This document shows positions 1 through 11,330 of a stretch of 64,000 nt of DNA, piece after piece. A program made the position numbers and the translations under genes. Numbering within the stretch: position 1 is the first letter of the stretch; every line of letters starts with the position of its first letter. The DNA is taken from assembly GCA_963745835.1 (NCBI GenBank), contig CAVUZH010000013.1, positions 608,001-672,000 of the forward strand, in the 5' to 3' direction. Below the pieces are notes generated by a model that had not been told where the DNA came from, searched no databases, and worked only from the letters and a program-made list of their open reading frames with translations. Source of the stretch: an uncultured delta proteobacterium. Its GTDB lineage: Bacteria > Desulfobacterota > Binatia > UBA9968.

Positions 1-707
1 TAGGCTCCATGATTAACCGAGATGATATAGGCACAATTTTCGTAAGCGCGAGTCCGGCGCGAACACTCCCAGGCATCACGGTGCGGTCCATAAGGCTCGC
101 CCGTGGGATAAATCAAAACTTCAGCGCCTTTAAGCGCCAGCGCGCGCGCTACCTCGGGAAAATTCATGTCGTAACAGAGAAGACAGCCGAGCTTGCCGAT
201 GGGCGTATCCACTACCGGGAACAGACCGTCCTCGCCGTACTTTCCCACGTAGTCGGCGTGGCATCCGGACGGCGTAGAGTAGGTCGTATGGCCTTGAACG
301 TCGGCGCCGTTGTGCTTCCGATACCGCAGGATCACGTCACCGCTGGGCCCGATAATGAAAGCGCTGTTGAACCAGCGGTTGGGCCATTCAGGGTCGTATT
401 CCATGGTGCCGCCGGCGATGTACATCTTAAACTGTTGCGCCGCCTTACCTAGAGCGTCGGTCTCGGGACCGGGAATGCGAACGCCCACCTTGGTCCATTG
501 CTCGATGGTGCGGTGCAGATGATCCGCGCCTGTAAGATAGAATTCAGGCAACACGACCAGCTTCGGCTGACCGAAGCGAATCGAGGCGTATTCCATCAGC
601 GAGATGCTGCGATACAAATTCTCACGTATCGTTTCATCCCTAGTTGCAGGATCCCGCACCTGTCGTATGCTCGTCTGAATGCACGCGACGTTATATGGTT
701 CAATCAT
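1..707 (-). CDS. Carbon-nitrogen hydrolase (nitrilase superfamily), 3' end runs off the window
   Basis: Not in the ORF track (no stop in window). Manual translation from ATG at 707 gives MIEPYNVACIQT...VVLPEF...RYRKHN...LLCYDMNFPE...RAYEN, i.e. the Glu-Lys-Cys triad motifs. SD AAGGAG upstream. Confidence 0.9.
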   Translation of the reverse strand, partial: MIEPYNVACIQTSIRQVRDPATRDETIRENLYRSISLMEYASIRFGQPKLVVLPEFYLTGADHLHRTIEQWTKVGVRIPGPETDALGKAAQQFKMYIAGGTMEYDPEWPNRWFNSAFIIGPSGDVILRYRKHNGADVQGHTTYSTPSGCHADYVGKYGEDGLFPVVDTPIGKLGCLLCYDMNFPEVARALALKGAEVLIYPTGEPYGPHRDAWECSRRTRAYENCAYIISVNHGA

Positions 708-1309
708 GTTTTCTCCTTTTAGGATGAATCGATTGATTAATCCGGATTTCCCGAGATCGCACAAGTATATAGGGCGATAAGTAATCCTCACCTTGCGCAG
801 AGGTGTGGATACGGAATAGCGCTGGAATTGCCCACGTCTCCTCGCGAAAACTCCCAAGAAGATTCTCACGGCAGAAGCCGTATCGGTAGCGGTACAGACC
901 AGCACATGCTTTCGGAAAGCGCCCGTTCGGTTCCGGCTTTCTTCTGTGATAGGCCCGGCGCTGCCGCGATCATCATAGCCCGCCCGGTAGCAGCCTCGTC
1001 TAGCTTCGAGACGCGGAGCGTTGTCAAGCTCTGACTGAGAGTACTACACCGGAAGCGATAATGTGAGAAACTCAGCCCGTTTTTGAAAACTTTACGGGGA
1101 ATGCGCACATCCGATTCGAGCGCCGACCGTCCGGTTTAGCGGGTGATCCGGGGTCACCATTAGCCGAGCCCGGCGTTCTTCTGATAACTTTGTCAGTCCG
1201 ACATTTCGTATCTCTCCCACTACCGCTCATCTCGCGTCCGGATACCACCAATTAGAATCAGAATTCGAACTCGCATGCCGCATCCGGTATCGAACCCCAT
1301 ATTGGACCA

Positions 1310-1625
1310 AGATCAAATTGAAACAAGATGGTGTCGCGCATTTTCTCGTGGCAGGGTTTCACCAAATCGTCATCTATAAACCTGGCAAAACAGACGATGA
1401 TGTCGTCCTCGGAAGTGGTCCGTTGTTTTATCAACGACGCGATTGACCAATTCTATTTAGGAGTTGAGCCGGCCGGAGGATCTCCCGCCGCTTTGCCAGT
1501 TAGACCGATCCTTCCAATGCACGAAGGAATCGGTATCGTTCTGAGAGCCTGGCACGTACCTGGTCATTTGCAACATGCGCGGTCATTTTAATGACGCCAT
1601 GTTCGGTTACGTCGGAGTGGACTAA
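1310..1625 (+). pseudogene. Degraded cupredoxin-like (blue copper) gene remnant
   Basis: Frames stitch to IKLKQDGVAHFLVAGFHQIVIYKPG...ESVSF*EPGTYLVICNMRGHFNDAMFGYVGVD*. Type-1 copper C-x4-H-x4-M motif, with an internal stop, frameshifts and no start. Confidence 0.55.
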
Positions 1626-1916
1626 CACATAAGCGCCACAACCGAGACTGTTCTCGATCCAGCTGCTGCCGGATGCGCTTCTTTCGGCTATCTGGCACGG
1701 CTGTGATTTAGCTAATTGGGATTTTTGGTGCGGGAGTTCGGCCGCATAAGCAAGCAGTGAGGACGATTGCTCTTGGCCAAGCTATGCTGCAAGAATATTC
1801 ATCGTCGCTACTCTATGCGGCTCAATGCAGGGAACGAGTCATTATGGTAAAAGGCGGTCGGAGCACTGCTGCGGATTGGATATAAACTTAGCGCCTTTGC
1901 ACCTTGGCGGGAGAAA

Positions 1917-3197
1917 TCAGCGCAGCGCTTTAAGGGCTTCGTTCAAGTAATCGGCAACGGCGGCGCTTTGCAGGATGCTCGTGTGTGTTTCGTCGAAGCC
2001 ACGCTCCGTGCGAGCTTCCTCTTGCGCCTCTTGTCGAAGCTGGCTCGACAACGCGACGATCCCGTCGTTGGGCCCCGAGCCGCGAAATCCGAACAGCAGG
2101 TGATATGTCATGGTCTTGGGCAGGCGTCGGCGTTTGGTCTTTGCGGCCGGATCCTCGTAGAAGAGTCCGTCGAGATACTCGCTACCGGGCGCCAGCCCGT
2201 ACCACGAACGAACGACGATCGGGGACACCTCCACGCCTTTGCCGGCCGAGGCCATACCGCCCATGGGCGACGAGATCGTCACGTAGGTGCGTACGACATC
2301 GGCTGCGTTGGTCTCGTAGTCTTGTAGCAAGAACCCGCGTGTCACGAGCCCGCCCATGCTGTGCGCAACGACCGCCGCCCGGTCGAAGCCGTACTGCACG
2401 CGAAGCCGAACGAAGAGTTGGGTGAGCAGAGCAGCTAGATTATCCAAGCGGGCTCCGGAAGGATAGTAGAAGACCCAAGGCTGGAAGCGCGTGCGATCCA
2501 GCCTATCGATCAGCGGAGCGAATTCTAGCGGTGTCCCGGCGATTCCGTGAACGAAGAGCACCGGGATTTTTTTCGGATCGTACGCTTGAAGGAAGTAGAT
2601 GCCGGGTCGGGTATCGAGCAGGAAGTCGTAGAACTGCCACATACCCTTCGTGGCAACCTCGCGGCTGAAGCGGGGGTCGGCAAGGGTCGTCACCTCACCG
2701 GCCACACTTAGGGCAAACACACTGACGCGGTGCTGGTCGGTGGTATCGCGGGCCTGGAGGTCGCTTAGGGCAAACTTTTCGCGGGTGAAGCGCCCCTGCA
2801 ACGGAATACGCAGCTCAATCCCCTCCAGCTTCTGACCGCTTGCGAGCGCAATAGCCTGGTTCGGGTCGGGACGAAGGGCCGGTTCTTCGTTGTAGCGACC
2901 GTCGCCATCGATGTCCTCGAACGCCCCGAGCCAGTACGTCCCGGGCTCTACGGCAAAGATCCAAGGGCCTGGCTTCTCCGTCACGAAGTGGTCGAGGAGG
3001 AACGGACCCGACTTGCCCTGGGCCAGGATCCCAACGATGAGAGGACCCCGCGATTCATGATCGGTCGTCACCGTCCCACTGATGACAGCGTTCCGGTCGG
3101 CGCGCCGTTGCTGTTCGCGCACGGCTAAAATGGTCGAACAGCCGCTGCAACCGATCGCCGTTCCTGCCAGCGCCAGTGCCAGGATCCGATGACACAA
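1917..3197 (-). CDS. Lipoprotein alpha/beta-hydrolase (esterase/lipase-like)
   Basis: Signal peptide with lipobox-like IGCSGC; PVLFVHGIAG oxyanion motif; AHSMGG nucleophile elbow; NDGIV and THTSIL acid/His motifs. Confidence 0.85.
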   Translation of the reverse strand: MCHRILALALAGTAIGCSGCSTILAVREQQRRADRNAVISGTVTTDHESRGPLIVGILAQGKSGPFLLDHFVTEKPGPWIFAVEPGTYWLGAFEDIDGDGRYNEEPALRPDPNQAIALASGQKLEGIELRIPLQGRFTREKFALSDLQARDTTDQHRVSVFALSVAGEVTTLADPRFSREVATKGMWQFYDFLLDTRPGIYFLQAYDPKKIPVLFVHGIAGTPLEFAPLIDRLDRTRFQPWVFYYPSGARLDNLAALLTQLFVRLRVQYGFDRAAVVAHSMGGLVTRGFLLQDYETNAADVVRTYVTISSPMGGMASAGKGVEVSPIVVRSWYGLAPGSEYLDGLFYEDPAAKTKRRRLPKTMTYHLLFGFRGSGPNDGIVALSSQLRQEAQEEARTERGFDETHTSILQSAAVADYLNEALKALR

Positions 3198-3520
3198 CCT
3201 GTTCAGGAAAGATCTAGAGGAAATTTATACACCCTTTTTTCGGCAGCGAGCTGTCGCCCTGATCCAGTGAGCAGTCAAATTAAAGTGATTGCTTGCCGGG
3301 CACCGGTCGGAAAACGAAGGCTACAGCCGAGATTTACCTAAATGATGCTGCCCCGTTCTCTACTCTACGGGTATACGAGACGAGCCGCGTCATGGATATT
3401 GGGATATACGCGTCGACGAAATCCTGGATGAGTCGCAATAATCAATTCGCGCCATAGGCAATAACTCATGCCTCACCTGCAACCCCTACTTGTACCGGTG
3501 AATTGTACTACATCCGATCC

Positions 3521-4513
3521 TTACCGGTACAGTCGCGAGTAGAACCCGCTGTCTTCAAGCTCTTTGATAAAGCGCGTCTCGATAAATTGTTCAGGTTTCG
3601 CATTGGCAACCTCTGGGGTGCTTGCCGTCATGAAATTCATTAGCGTCTGAAGTCCGCTCTTTGTCGGATAGGGGATTTTCGGTGCGGCTTTGAGCACGAC
3701 TTCCCGATATGCCTCTTCGATCGATTTGTCGTCGCCTTTTAAATATTTCTTCATGATCTGCTGCGTGCCTTTTGGATTGGTATGGATGTAGTGAATGCCT
3801 TCCGAATAAGCCATGACGAAACGCCGCAGCGCGTCTGCTTTCTGGTTGATAAAAGTTCGGGTGGTATAAATGGCGTTTTGCTGGAATTCGACATCGATAT
3901 CCATGAAGTTCGACAGGACACGAAATCCCAATTCCCTCGCTTTGCTGGTTTCAGGCGGTATCAACAGAGTTGCCGCGACGGCGCCGTTGACCAATGCCGC
4001 GAAACGGCTCGGCACGGCGCCCACCGCGATCAGACTCAAGTCCTTTTCCGGCTGCAGACCAAGCCTCGGCAACACGAACAGAACCGCGGTGTGATCGGCG
4101 GCCCCGAGCCGCGCGATCGCAAAGCGCCTGCCTTTCAAATACGTGATGTCTTTTGTATTGGGCGTTGCCACCAGTTGGTAGGGAAATCTATTGGTATTAC
4201 CTAGAATGATATAGGTGCCAGCGCCTTTGAGATTGGTTTGGATCGACGGCGCCGGACCTCCCTGGGCAATGGCGACTTCGCCGGACAAAAGCGCGGCGTT
4301 GACGATCGGCGCGCCGCTGATCAACACGAGATCGACATCGAGACCATGTTTTTTAAACAAACCGATGTCCCGGGGCACCCAGAGATTTACTTGGCTCGTA
4401 CTGATCGACGCCATCGCCACGCGAAGACGTTCCGCTTGTGCATGCAAGTCACGAACGCCGACTGAATTTGCGAAAACAGAGACAAGCAAAATAAAAACAT
4501 TGGTGAGTTTCAT
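3521..4513 (-). CDS. ABC transporter substrate-binding protein, NMT1/THI5/SsuA-like
   Basis: Signal peptide; GLFKKHGLDVDL, LKGRRFAI and terminal FIKELEDSGF patterns typical of the family. Confidence 0.85.
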   Translation of the reverse strand: MKLTNVFILLVSVFANSVGVRDLHAQAERLRVAMASISTSQVNLWVPRDIGLFKKHGLDVDLVLISGAPIVNAALLSGEVAIAQGGPAPSIQTNLKGAGTYIILGNTNRFPYQLVATPNTKDITYLKGRRFAIARLGAADHTAVLFVLPRLGLQPEKDLSLIAVGAVPSRFAALVNGAVAATLLIPPETSKARELGFRVLSNFMDIDVEFQQNAIYTTRTFINQKADALRRFVMAYSEGIHYIHTNPKGTQQIMKKYLKGDDKSIEEAYREVVLKAAPKIPYPTKSGLQTLMNFMTASTPEVANAKPEQFIETRFIKELEDSGFYSRLYR

Positions 4514-4939
4514 GGTTTGGAACTATTCCGAAAGTCCGAAAATATCAACTATAAGATCTCCTCGAACCAGTAATTCAAATCATACGTGACCTTGGGATCT
4601 CTCTTCACCTTTTCCAAAGAACGGTGCGGGAACACTGGCCGGCAGATGCATCGGTGCGCCCGCAGACTCAAGCAGATTTAGCAAGCTTGATGATCTTGTG
4701 TGTCACAGCACGACTCACCCGTCGGGAGGGCTTTCTTCGCTGGGAGAAAGCGTCTATACGCAGCAACTAGGATGATAAGCGTGATTTCGGGTATGGCGTC
4801 GGAATTTACAGGTGGCGACACTGGCGGGATTTTAGTATAGAAATTGGTCACGCGATAAGGACTCCTGAGATCGAGTGTTGGCAACGTTGCAGGATGCGGA
4901 TGACAGCCGGTGATTCGCGGCCTGGCAAAGGGAGAAACT

Positions 4940-6297
4940 ATGACGGATCACGCTGATGCGTTCGTCGCCACAATCGAAGCAAGGGTGAGCGACATCCTTG
5001 ACCGCTGCACCCGTTGTGGAAAATGCGTCGAGGTCTGCCCGACCGCGGGACCTGCGGGGATTGATACCAGCGAGCCCGCCGCGATCGTCGGCGATGTGCT
5101 GGATATCCTGCGCGGCGGGGGTGATCGATCAAGCCGCGGCGCGCGTTGGGCAAACGCATGCACCGGCTCCGGCCGTTGTATTTCCGCCTGCGACGACGGC
5201 ATTAACCCACGTTTCATGCTGGCAGCGACCCGTCTCAGGCTCAACGAGCGGCGGCAAGCGGACGAACGGCGCGCCACCGGTCGCGCCGGATTTAAAAAAA
5301 TGTCCACAGCAGTGAAAGTGCTCTCACGTCTTCAGCTTCCCGCCGATCTGCTCGCTGGCCTCACGCGAGCGCCCGACGGCGACTCCGAGCCCGCCCGGAT
5401 ATCGTCATGTATCTCGGTTGCAACGTTCTCAAGACCCCTCACATCGCGCTTTTGTGTCTCGAAGTCCTGGCTCGTCTCGGCACGCGCTACAAAGTCTTTG
5501 CAGGCCCGGCCTATTGTTGCGGCGTGATTCAGTACCGCGCCGGCGACACCAAAACATCCGGACGAATTGGCGGCAATACGGTGGCCGGGTTCGCCGGCAC
5601 CGGCGCTCCACGCGTGCTCACGTGGTGCCCGACCTGCAACATCCAACTAAGCGAGATCGTCATGCCGAGCACCGACGCAAGCTTCAATCTTGAGCACGTC
5701 GTGCCGTACATCGCAGCACGCATCGAATTGCTCCGCCCCCACTTCATCCATTCGATCAACAAGCGGATCGCATTGCATGAGCATCCGGGCGTGGCCGGCG
5801 TGACCGAAGGCGCCATTAAAATTCTCACGGCAATCCCCGGTTTGGAACTGGTCGACCTTGAACAACCTCGGGTCGGCTATATGTGCAACTCGCTTGCGCC
5901 CGTGCCGGCGTACAAACGCGAACTTCACGCCCGTGAGCTCGATGCCGCGACAGCCGCCGGCGTCGACTACCTCGTGGGAATCTACCATGCCTGTCATCGC
6001 GAACTATGCGCTCACGAAAGCACTTCGCCGTTCAAGGTCGTCAACTTTCTAGAACTGGTCGGCGAGGCCATGGGCATCAAAAAAGCCGATCTGTTCAAGC
6101 AATGGAAGATGATGCAAGACGTCGATCGCGTTCTGGCCGAAGTGGCCAAGCAGGCAACGGATGCGGGGCTAGACTTGGAAAACGTCCGCGAAGTACTGGT
6201 TGCCCATATGTTGGGCGAGCAGCCTCTACCGATCGGTTTCCGTGACACGCCAGCGATTGACTCCGCGAATGCGCCGGTTCGGGTGATCTCGGAGTAG
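4940..6297 (+). CDS. (Fe-S)-binding protein: 4Fe-4S dicluster + CCG domains (GlpC/HdrD-like), split by a frameshift near 5395
   Basis: N-part has CTRCGKCVEVCP and CTGSGRCISAC; C-part (5407-6297) has YLGC, YCCG, TWCPTC, YHAC. Adding one C in gcccgcccggat gives continuous ...SEPAPDIVMYLGC. SD GGGAG before ATG 4940. Confidence 0.8.
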
Positions 6298-6520
6298 CGT
6301 AGGAGAACCACTGCGCTCGGAGAACTCTGGATAATTAGGCCAAATTGTAGCGAGTGCCTCGGTAGTTCAAAAAGGAGAGTAGAAGGAATGAAAGATCAAA
6401 ATGCGGAATTCCAGTAACGAAAGGAACTCACGTAAAACACCAGCTAATCGGTATTTGGGCTGAATGCAAAAATAGGCGTCGCGGTGTAGAAGAGATTGCT
6501 GACCCATGAGGGAGATCATC

Positions 6521-7898
6521 ATGGCCAAATGGCGAATATTGTCGATCTCTAAGTTGCTTCTTTCCTGGTTATGTTGAGCGTCGGGATACCGCAAGCGGTC
6601 GCTCAACTAATCACAGAGGAGGTTGTCTTAGGCGACGGCGCGCTCGGCCGCTATCGTGCCCCGGCGGTCGGGCCTGTGTCCCACATCGCATTCCTTGCGA
6701 TCCATCGGACCTCGGACTATCGGAACCACGCGTCAAGCACGAATTTGGCAGATCGGGGCTTCGGCACTCTCGGCATCCGAACTAGGTTCGGCAACAGCGA
6801 AGCCGCCGTAAACTTCGAGCTAATCGCTCTCGATGTCCGGAACGGAATACGATTCCTGAAGAACGTGAAAGGGCACACCCGCGTCATTTTAATCGGCCAT
6901 AGCGGCGGCGGTCCCACCACGTCCTATTTTCAGGCCCTAGCGGAAAACGGCCCATCGTATTGCCAGGGGCGTAACAAGATTACCGAATGCCCGTTTACGG
7001 GAGCTGAATTTTTGCCCACAGACAGGGCCGCTGGAATCGTTTACGTTGATGCGCATCCGGGCATCGGGGTTAATCAGCTGCGTTCGCTTAATGCCTCCGT
7101 AGTCAATGAGGACCAACCCTTCGGTCCTGCGACCAATAAAACGCTCGATCCTTTCGACCCGGCACACGGGTACAACGGCCTCCCGCCAGACCACGAACCG
7201 GATGGCGATTCGACCTACTCGGATCATTTTGTCGATAAATACGCTCAGGGGCAGTCGAGACGCATGAACGGTCTGATTGAAGAAGCTCTGCTACTCAGGA
7301 AGAAGATAGGACTTGGGTTGATTGAGACGCCTAATCCTAATGACCTGACTCAGCACCCGTTTCCCATCTTTCGCGCCAACGCGCGGCTGGTGCAACTTAG
7401 CACGGAGGTTCAGTGCTGCACCCTGAACCCGACCAGACTTCTACAAGACAGCACGGGGACCCTCTCTGTTCCTCCGCAGATCATTCACACGGTGCGAGTT
7501 CCTCAGCCAGAGATCAGGGAGGATGATCAAGATGAAAACGAGTTTGAAGATTTATCGCTCACGTCGTTCTTGACCGCCAATGCCATCCGATCCAAGCATC
7601 GCTGGATGAGAGCAGGATCGATTGGTGTAGCACTAACAACTCCACACCGTGCGCGGTCGCGAATATTTCCGTGCCAACCTTGGTAATGGCGATGCAGGGG
7701 CATTACTTCATTCGTGACGGTGAATACATCTATGAAAGCTCGGCCAGTAAGGATAAGCAGTTTGTGGTAGTGGAAGGCGCGACCCACGGGCTTGGCAACT
7801 GCAATGCATGCGCAGACTACCATGGAACTGGCCCTTACACGAACGTTCCGCGAAATCTTTGGAACTACGTGCGCGATTGGGCCAACTCTCGGTTTTAG
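6521..7898 (+). CDS. Secreted alpha/beta-hydrolase with frameshifts near 6560 and 7598
   Basis: GHSGGG nucleophile motif. ORFs 6571-7686 and 7671-7898 join as ...IDWCSTNNSTPCAVANISVPTLVMAMQGHYF...VEGATHG when one T is restored. SD GAGGGAG precedes ATG 6521, which is out of frame by one base. Confidence 0.75.
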
Positions 7899-7920
7899 CG
7901 ATTATTATTAGCAGTTGAAA

Positions 7921-7961
7921 CTAAAAGGCCGGACGTTAAGTTGAAACGCCCGGCCTTTTAG
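7921..7961. terminator. Rho-independent terminator, probably bidirectional
   Basis: ctaaaaggccgg...ccggccttttag perfect 12-bp inverted repeat with A/T tails, just after the stop at 7898. Confidence 0.8.
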
Positions 7962-8096
7962 CTATCTGTGAACACGAGAGACGCCGGTTAGCCTGGCTTA
8001 GCTGGCTAGATCGTCGGCTGAAATCATTAGTTTTTGACCACTGTATATCGCTGTATATATATAGTCGGTTTTTCACAGCCTCTCCGCGGCAGAGAT

Positions 8097-8225
8097 GGGT
8101 CTACTCTTGAATCTTGACGTTTTTTAATTGCTCATGTTGTCAGTTCCTCGAAGTTTCGAATTCAACTCCACTACCTCTTGCTCGCGATCGCCACGCCGTC
8201 GCGCAGCTTGGCCCAGGCGATTTGC
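8097..8225 (-). repeat. Dispersed repeat, likely 3' end relic of a Y1-transposase element; related copies at about 12805-12985, 46380-46511 and 48630-48720
   Basis: Core ctcgcgatcgccacgccg..cgcagcttgg..caggcgattt at 8181, 12930 and 46456. ctcttgaatcttgac at about 8105 and 48641. The minus strand ends ...tcaagattcaagagtagaccc, like Y1 element termini. Confidence 0.55.
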
Positions 8226-8361
8226 GGATGGACGCGCGCTGCGGGAAAGCGCTTGTTTCGCCGTGGCGGTTGGAATAGATTGCCCGATAGCTTGCAACCA
8301 ATGTCGCGCATACGGCGACTTTCCCGATTAATCCGTTGGACGATAAATTAAGGAGACTGCC

Positions 8362-9387
8362 ATGATCGACATGCATGCCCATTGGAGGCCCGCCGAGCTG
8401 ATCGACGCCCTGCGCGCCCGCACCAAGGAACCGCGCATCGTGCGCAATCAGGACGGCGTAGAAGTGGTGAAAAGCCGGATCGGTGAGGAACCGGTATCCA
8501 AGGCGTTTGATGACGTGGAATTCCATCTCGCAAGGATGGATCGCCAGGGCGTGAACACCAGCGTGCTGTCGCTGCTCGGTGCGTTCTGCTGGATCGAGTC
8601 GCAGCCGGTCGAGGTTTCGCTGCCGCTGTGCAGGATGGTCAACGATGCGCTATCGGGGCTTTGCCAGAAAAACGAAGGGTGCTTCAATGCGTTTGCCGCC
8701 CTGCCGCTTGTGGATATGTCCGGCGCCGCCGCCGAGTTCGAGCGCGCGCTGGCGCTGCCGGGTGTCGTCGGCGCGCAAGTGCCGGGAAACGGGTTTCTCA
8801 CCAAGAAAGACGCCGAGAACATGCGCCCGTTGTTGGAGGTGGCGAACCGGCACCGTGCGGTCGTGTTCATTCACCACGGGCCGCGGCCTGGCGATACGTT
8901 TCCCAAAGTATCCGGCGACACCGATAATGCGCGCCGCCGTAACGGCACGCTCGATATGCAAGCGAGCCTGTCCTCGGTGATGGTGACCCTGTGCCTCACC
9001 GATTACCTCGCGCCGTACCCCGATGCGACGGTCCTCGTTCACAATCTCGGCGGCAATATTCCTTACGAGATCGAGCGCATGGATCACCGCTCCCTGCTGG
9101 ATACCCCTAACGAGGAACTGCCGTCGTCGCGCTTCCGCCGCGCAAAAGTTTTCGTGGATTGCAACTCGTTCGGCCCCGGCGCCATCGAGGCCGCGGTGCG
9201 CTTGTACGGCGCTGAGCGCATCGTGTGCGGCACCGACGGAACGGAATTTGGCTGCGAGTGGACCAGCAAGGCGCTTGCGGAAGCGCAGATCGGCGAGGAA
9301 GCACGCGAGAAGATCTTGCGCAGCAATGCCGCGGCGATGATGTCGCGGCTCGCCAAGGTCGCACAGCGCGAAATCGTCGCCGCGTAA
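8362..9387 (+). CDS. Amidohydrolase_2 family protein (decarboxylase/hydratase-like)
   Basis: IDMHAHW metal-binding HxH, VFIHHGP, VHNLGG, CGTDG motifs; SD AAGGAG. Confidence 0.88.
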   Translation: MIDMHAHWRPAELIDALRARTKEPRIVRNQDGVEVVKSRIGEEPVSKAFDDVEFHLARMDRQGVNTSVLSLLGAFCWIESQPVEVSLPLCRMVNDALSGLCQKNEGCFNAFAALPLVDMSGAAAEFERALALPGVVGAQVPGNGFLTKKDAENMRPLLEVANRHRAVVFIHHGPRPGDTFPKVSGDTDNARRRNGTLDMQASLSSVMVTLCLTDYLAPYPDATVLVHNLGGNIPYEIERMDHRSLLDTPNEELPSSRFRRAKVFVDCNSFGPGAIEAAVRLYGAERIVCGTDGTEFGCEWTSKALAEAQIGEEAREKILRSNAAAMMSRLAKVAQREIVAA

Positions 9388-9400
9388 TCCTCGCGCGGGC

Positions 9401-9528
9401 GCAGTCTGCTGAAAAAGACCCATATGCTTCGTTGCGCTCAATCGTCTCGCCTCAACGTACTGCGGATGTACGCCTCCGCTCGTCGATTTTTCGCGCGCCT
9501 CGCCTCTGGATCTTTTTGAGCAGCCTGC
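9401..9528 (+). mobile_element. MITE-like palindromic element, family A, copy 1
   Basis: Ends gcagtctgctgaaaaaga / tctttttgagcagcctgc (18-bp IR, 2 mismatches). Internal tgcttcgttgcgctc..caacgtac..gtacgcctcc..cgcctcgc shared with copies at 29314 and 40907. Confidence 0.75.
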
Positions 9529-9917
9529 AAGAAGGTTTTTCCACCAAGCTGTACTAGACGTTTAGAGAATTCTGCGGTTCATAAAAGCGCTTGAAGGGCG
9601 GTTGCTACCGGTGGACGCCGCTCGCTCATACCGCGCAGGCGCTCTTAAGTTCACCTTGCTGCTTGGATCGCGGCGTCGTCGCTTAAGGCGCGCAGCCTTG
9701 CTCACGCGACCTGCGGTTAGGCGCGGCCGCTAGGCGGCAATCGGTTCCAGCGATTACATTTTCACATGCTGAGAGTGGACCGCTGTTGACTACTTGGACA
9801 TAGTTCTCGTTGGGACCTTCGAAACCTGGACGTCAAGGGCCCGACCTGGCGACCACTCGGCAACCTCTACTCGTTATTCCGAATAGCAGCAGAACTCCTG
9901 CAGCTTCCTCGCGGATT

Positions 9918-11201
9918 TCATCGAGTGACGAACGCGGCGCGGCGTTCCGTCACGTTTATTTTACCCATCATGTATGGGTGGATCGAACAGAGATATTCAT
10001 AATCGCCGGGATGATCAAAGTTTGTGCTGTAGCTGGATCCCGGTATTAGAGTCTCCGAAGCCGCGCGATCCTTCACGGATATGCTGTGCGGCGCGCCGTC
10101 ATCGTTCATCCAGGTCACCGTCTCGCCGGGACTCAGTTCGACTAGCGATGGCACAAACGCAAATCCGTTGATCGTGATGCGTCGACTCGAAGATCGTTGC
10201 TGCGCTGCGGCTGTTTGCACCACGATCTTCCGCGGTGCGTTGCCGACACGGATGTTCGTAACCGAGCCGGTCTCCAAGTCGACAATCGAGACATCGTTGG
10301 AATCTTCGTTGGCGGTCAGCGCGGTCCTGCTATCCGGACCGCCGGCTACCCAGTGCGGCCGCGTCCCGACCTTGATCGACTTTTCCACGGTGTTGCTCTG
10401 AGTATCGAAGACGGCGAGGAGACTTGGCCCCTGAACTGCGGCAAGGCCGCGCTTTCCGTCGGGCGTGAAGTTGGCGTAGTGCGGCGAGACACCTACCGGA
10501 ATTTCCCCGACGATGCTGTTCCCGACCGGGTCGAAGACAACCACCGATTCGCTTCCAGCCTGGGTGATATATAAGCGGTTTCCGTTCGGGTCGAACTCGA
10601 GTCCGCGAGGAGTCTTTTCGAGAGCGATGGTATCGCTCAGTCGTCGCGCCGTGAGATCGACAACGGCTAGTGAGAATTTCCCCGGTGTTTGCGAGCCCAC
10701 ATAAGCAACGCGCCCGTTTGGATGAACGGCGATGTTGTGCGGTTTTCCCACCGAAACGCTGCCGATTACTTTCCGGGTAGCAGTGTCGATGAATGAGACC
10801 GAATCTGTGTCATACACGCCGACCAGGACATATTTACCGTCGCGGGTGACGGCAACTCCGTGAGGATTCTTGCCGACTTCGATATTCTCGACCAGTTTAT
10901 CCGTCGCGGTATCGATGACACTGACGGTTGACGCTCCGTCACTGGCAACGTACAGCCAGCGATTATCCGGTGTGATGACCATACCGTGGGGACCGGGCGG
11001 AATCGAAATGGTTGCCGCGACGCGCTTCGAATCCAGATCGATGACGCTGATGGTATTGTCCTTGAAGTTGCCGACGTAAGCTTTAGTCCCGGCAGCGTCC
11101 GCGGCTGTTACAAAGATTAGCACGGCTGCCAGAAACGCAAGCGTAAACCAGTAGCCGTTGCGCGTGAATCGCAAATGTTCAATGGTGGTTTTCCGTGTCA
11201 T
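9918..11201 (-). CDS. Secreted YVTN beta-propeller protein with C-terminal amicyanin/plastocyanin-like cupredoxin domain
   Basis: Repeated (A/L)YV..D.VSVID...VG..PHG blades. C-terminal PGETVTWMNDDGAPHSI...YLCSIHPYMMG copper ligands. SD GAGGTG before ATG 11201. Confidence 0.88.
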   Translation of the reverse strand: MTRKTTIEHLRFTRNGYWFTLAFLAAVLIFVTAADAAGTKAYVGNFKDNTISVIDLDSKRVAATISIPPGPHGMVITPDNRWLYVASDGASTVSVIDTATDKLVENIEVGKNPHGVAVTRDGKYVLVGVYDTDSVSFIDTATRKVIGSVSVGKPHNIAVHPNGRVAYVGSQTPGKFSLAVVDLTARRLSDTIALEKTPRGLEFDPNGNRLYITQAGSESVVVFDPVGNSIVGEIPVGVSPHYANFTPDGKRGLAAVQGPSLLAVFDTQSNTVEKSIKVGTRPHWVAGGPDSRTALTANEDSNDVSIVDLETGSVTNIRVGNAPRKIVVQTAAAQQRSSSRRITINGFAFVPSLVELSPGETVTWMNDDGAPHSISVKDRAASETLIPGSSYSTNFDHPGDYEYLCSIHPYMMGKINVTERRAAFVTR

Positions 11202-11245
11202 GTTATTCACCTCTCGTGTTTATTGACCTGCAGAAGCTACTGGAG

Positions 11246-11313
11246 AGACTGGCGGCGGCGGTATTTTATTCCATGGTGGAATTTCGGGAATAATATCGGC
11301 TTTGGATCAGTCT
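11246..11313. promoter_or_regulatory. Back-to-back putative ECF-sigma promoters GGAATA-N17-GTCT on both strands
   Basis: Plus strand: GGAATA 11287-11292, 17 nt, GTCT 11310-11313 (toward the sigma gene). Minus strand: GGAATA 11272-11267, 17 nt, GTCT 11249-11246 (toward the propeller gene). Confidence 0.7.
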
Positions 11314-11330
11314 TAGATAAATGGGGGTTT

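Noticed and set aside
3385-3415. ggatattgggatata resembling the Y1 end stutter (possible excision scar)
   Set aside because: Only about 14 nt of similarity with no adjoining IR; could be chance.
5385-5410. Programmed ribosomal frameshift in the Fe-S gene
   Set aside because: No canonical slippery heptamer, and similar one-base indels occur in unrelated genes, favouring sequencing error.
8041-8080. LexA/SOS box (ctgtatat... repeats)
   Set aside because: Does not complete CTGT-N8-ACAG and is far from any SOS-type gene.
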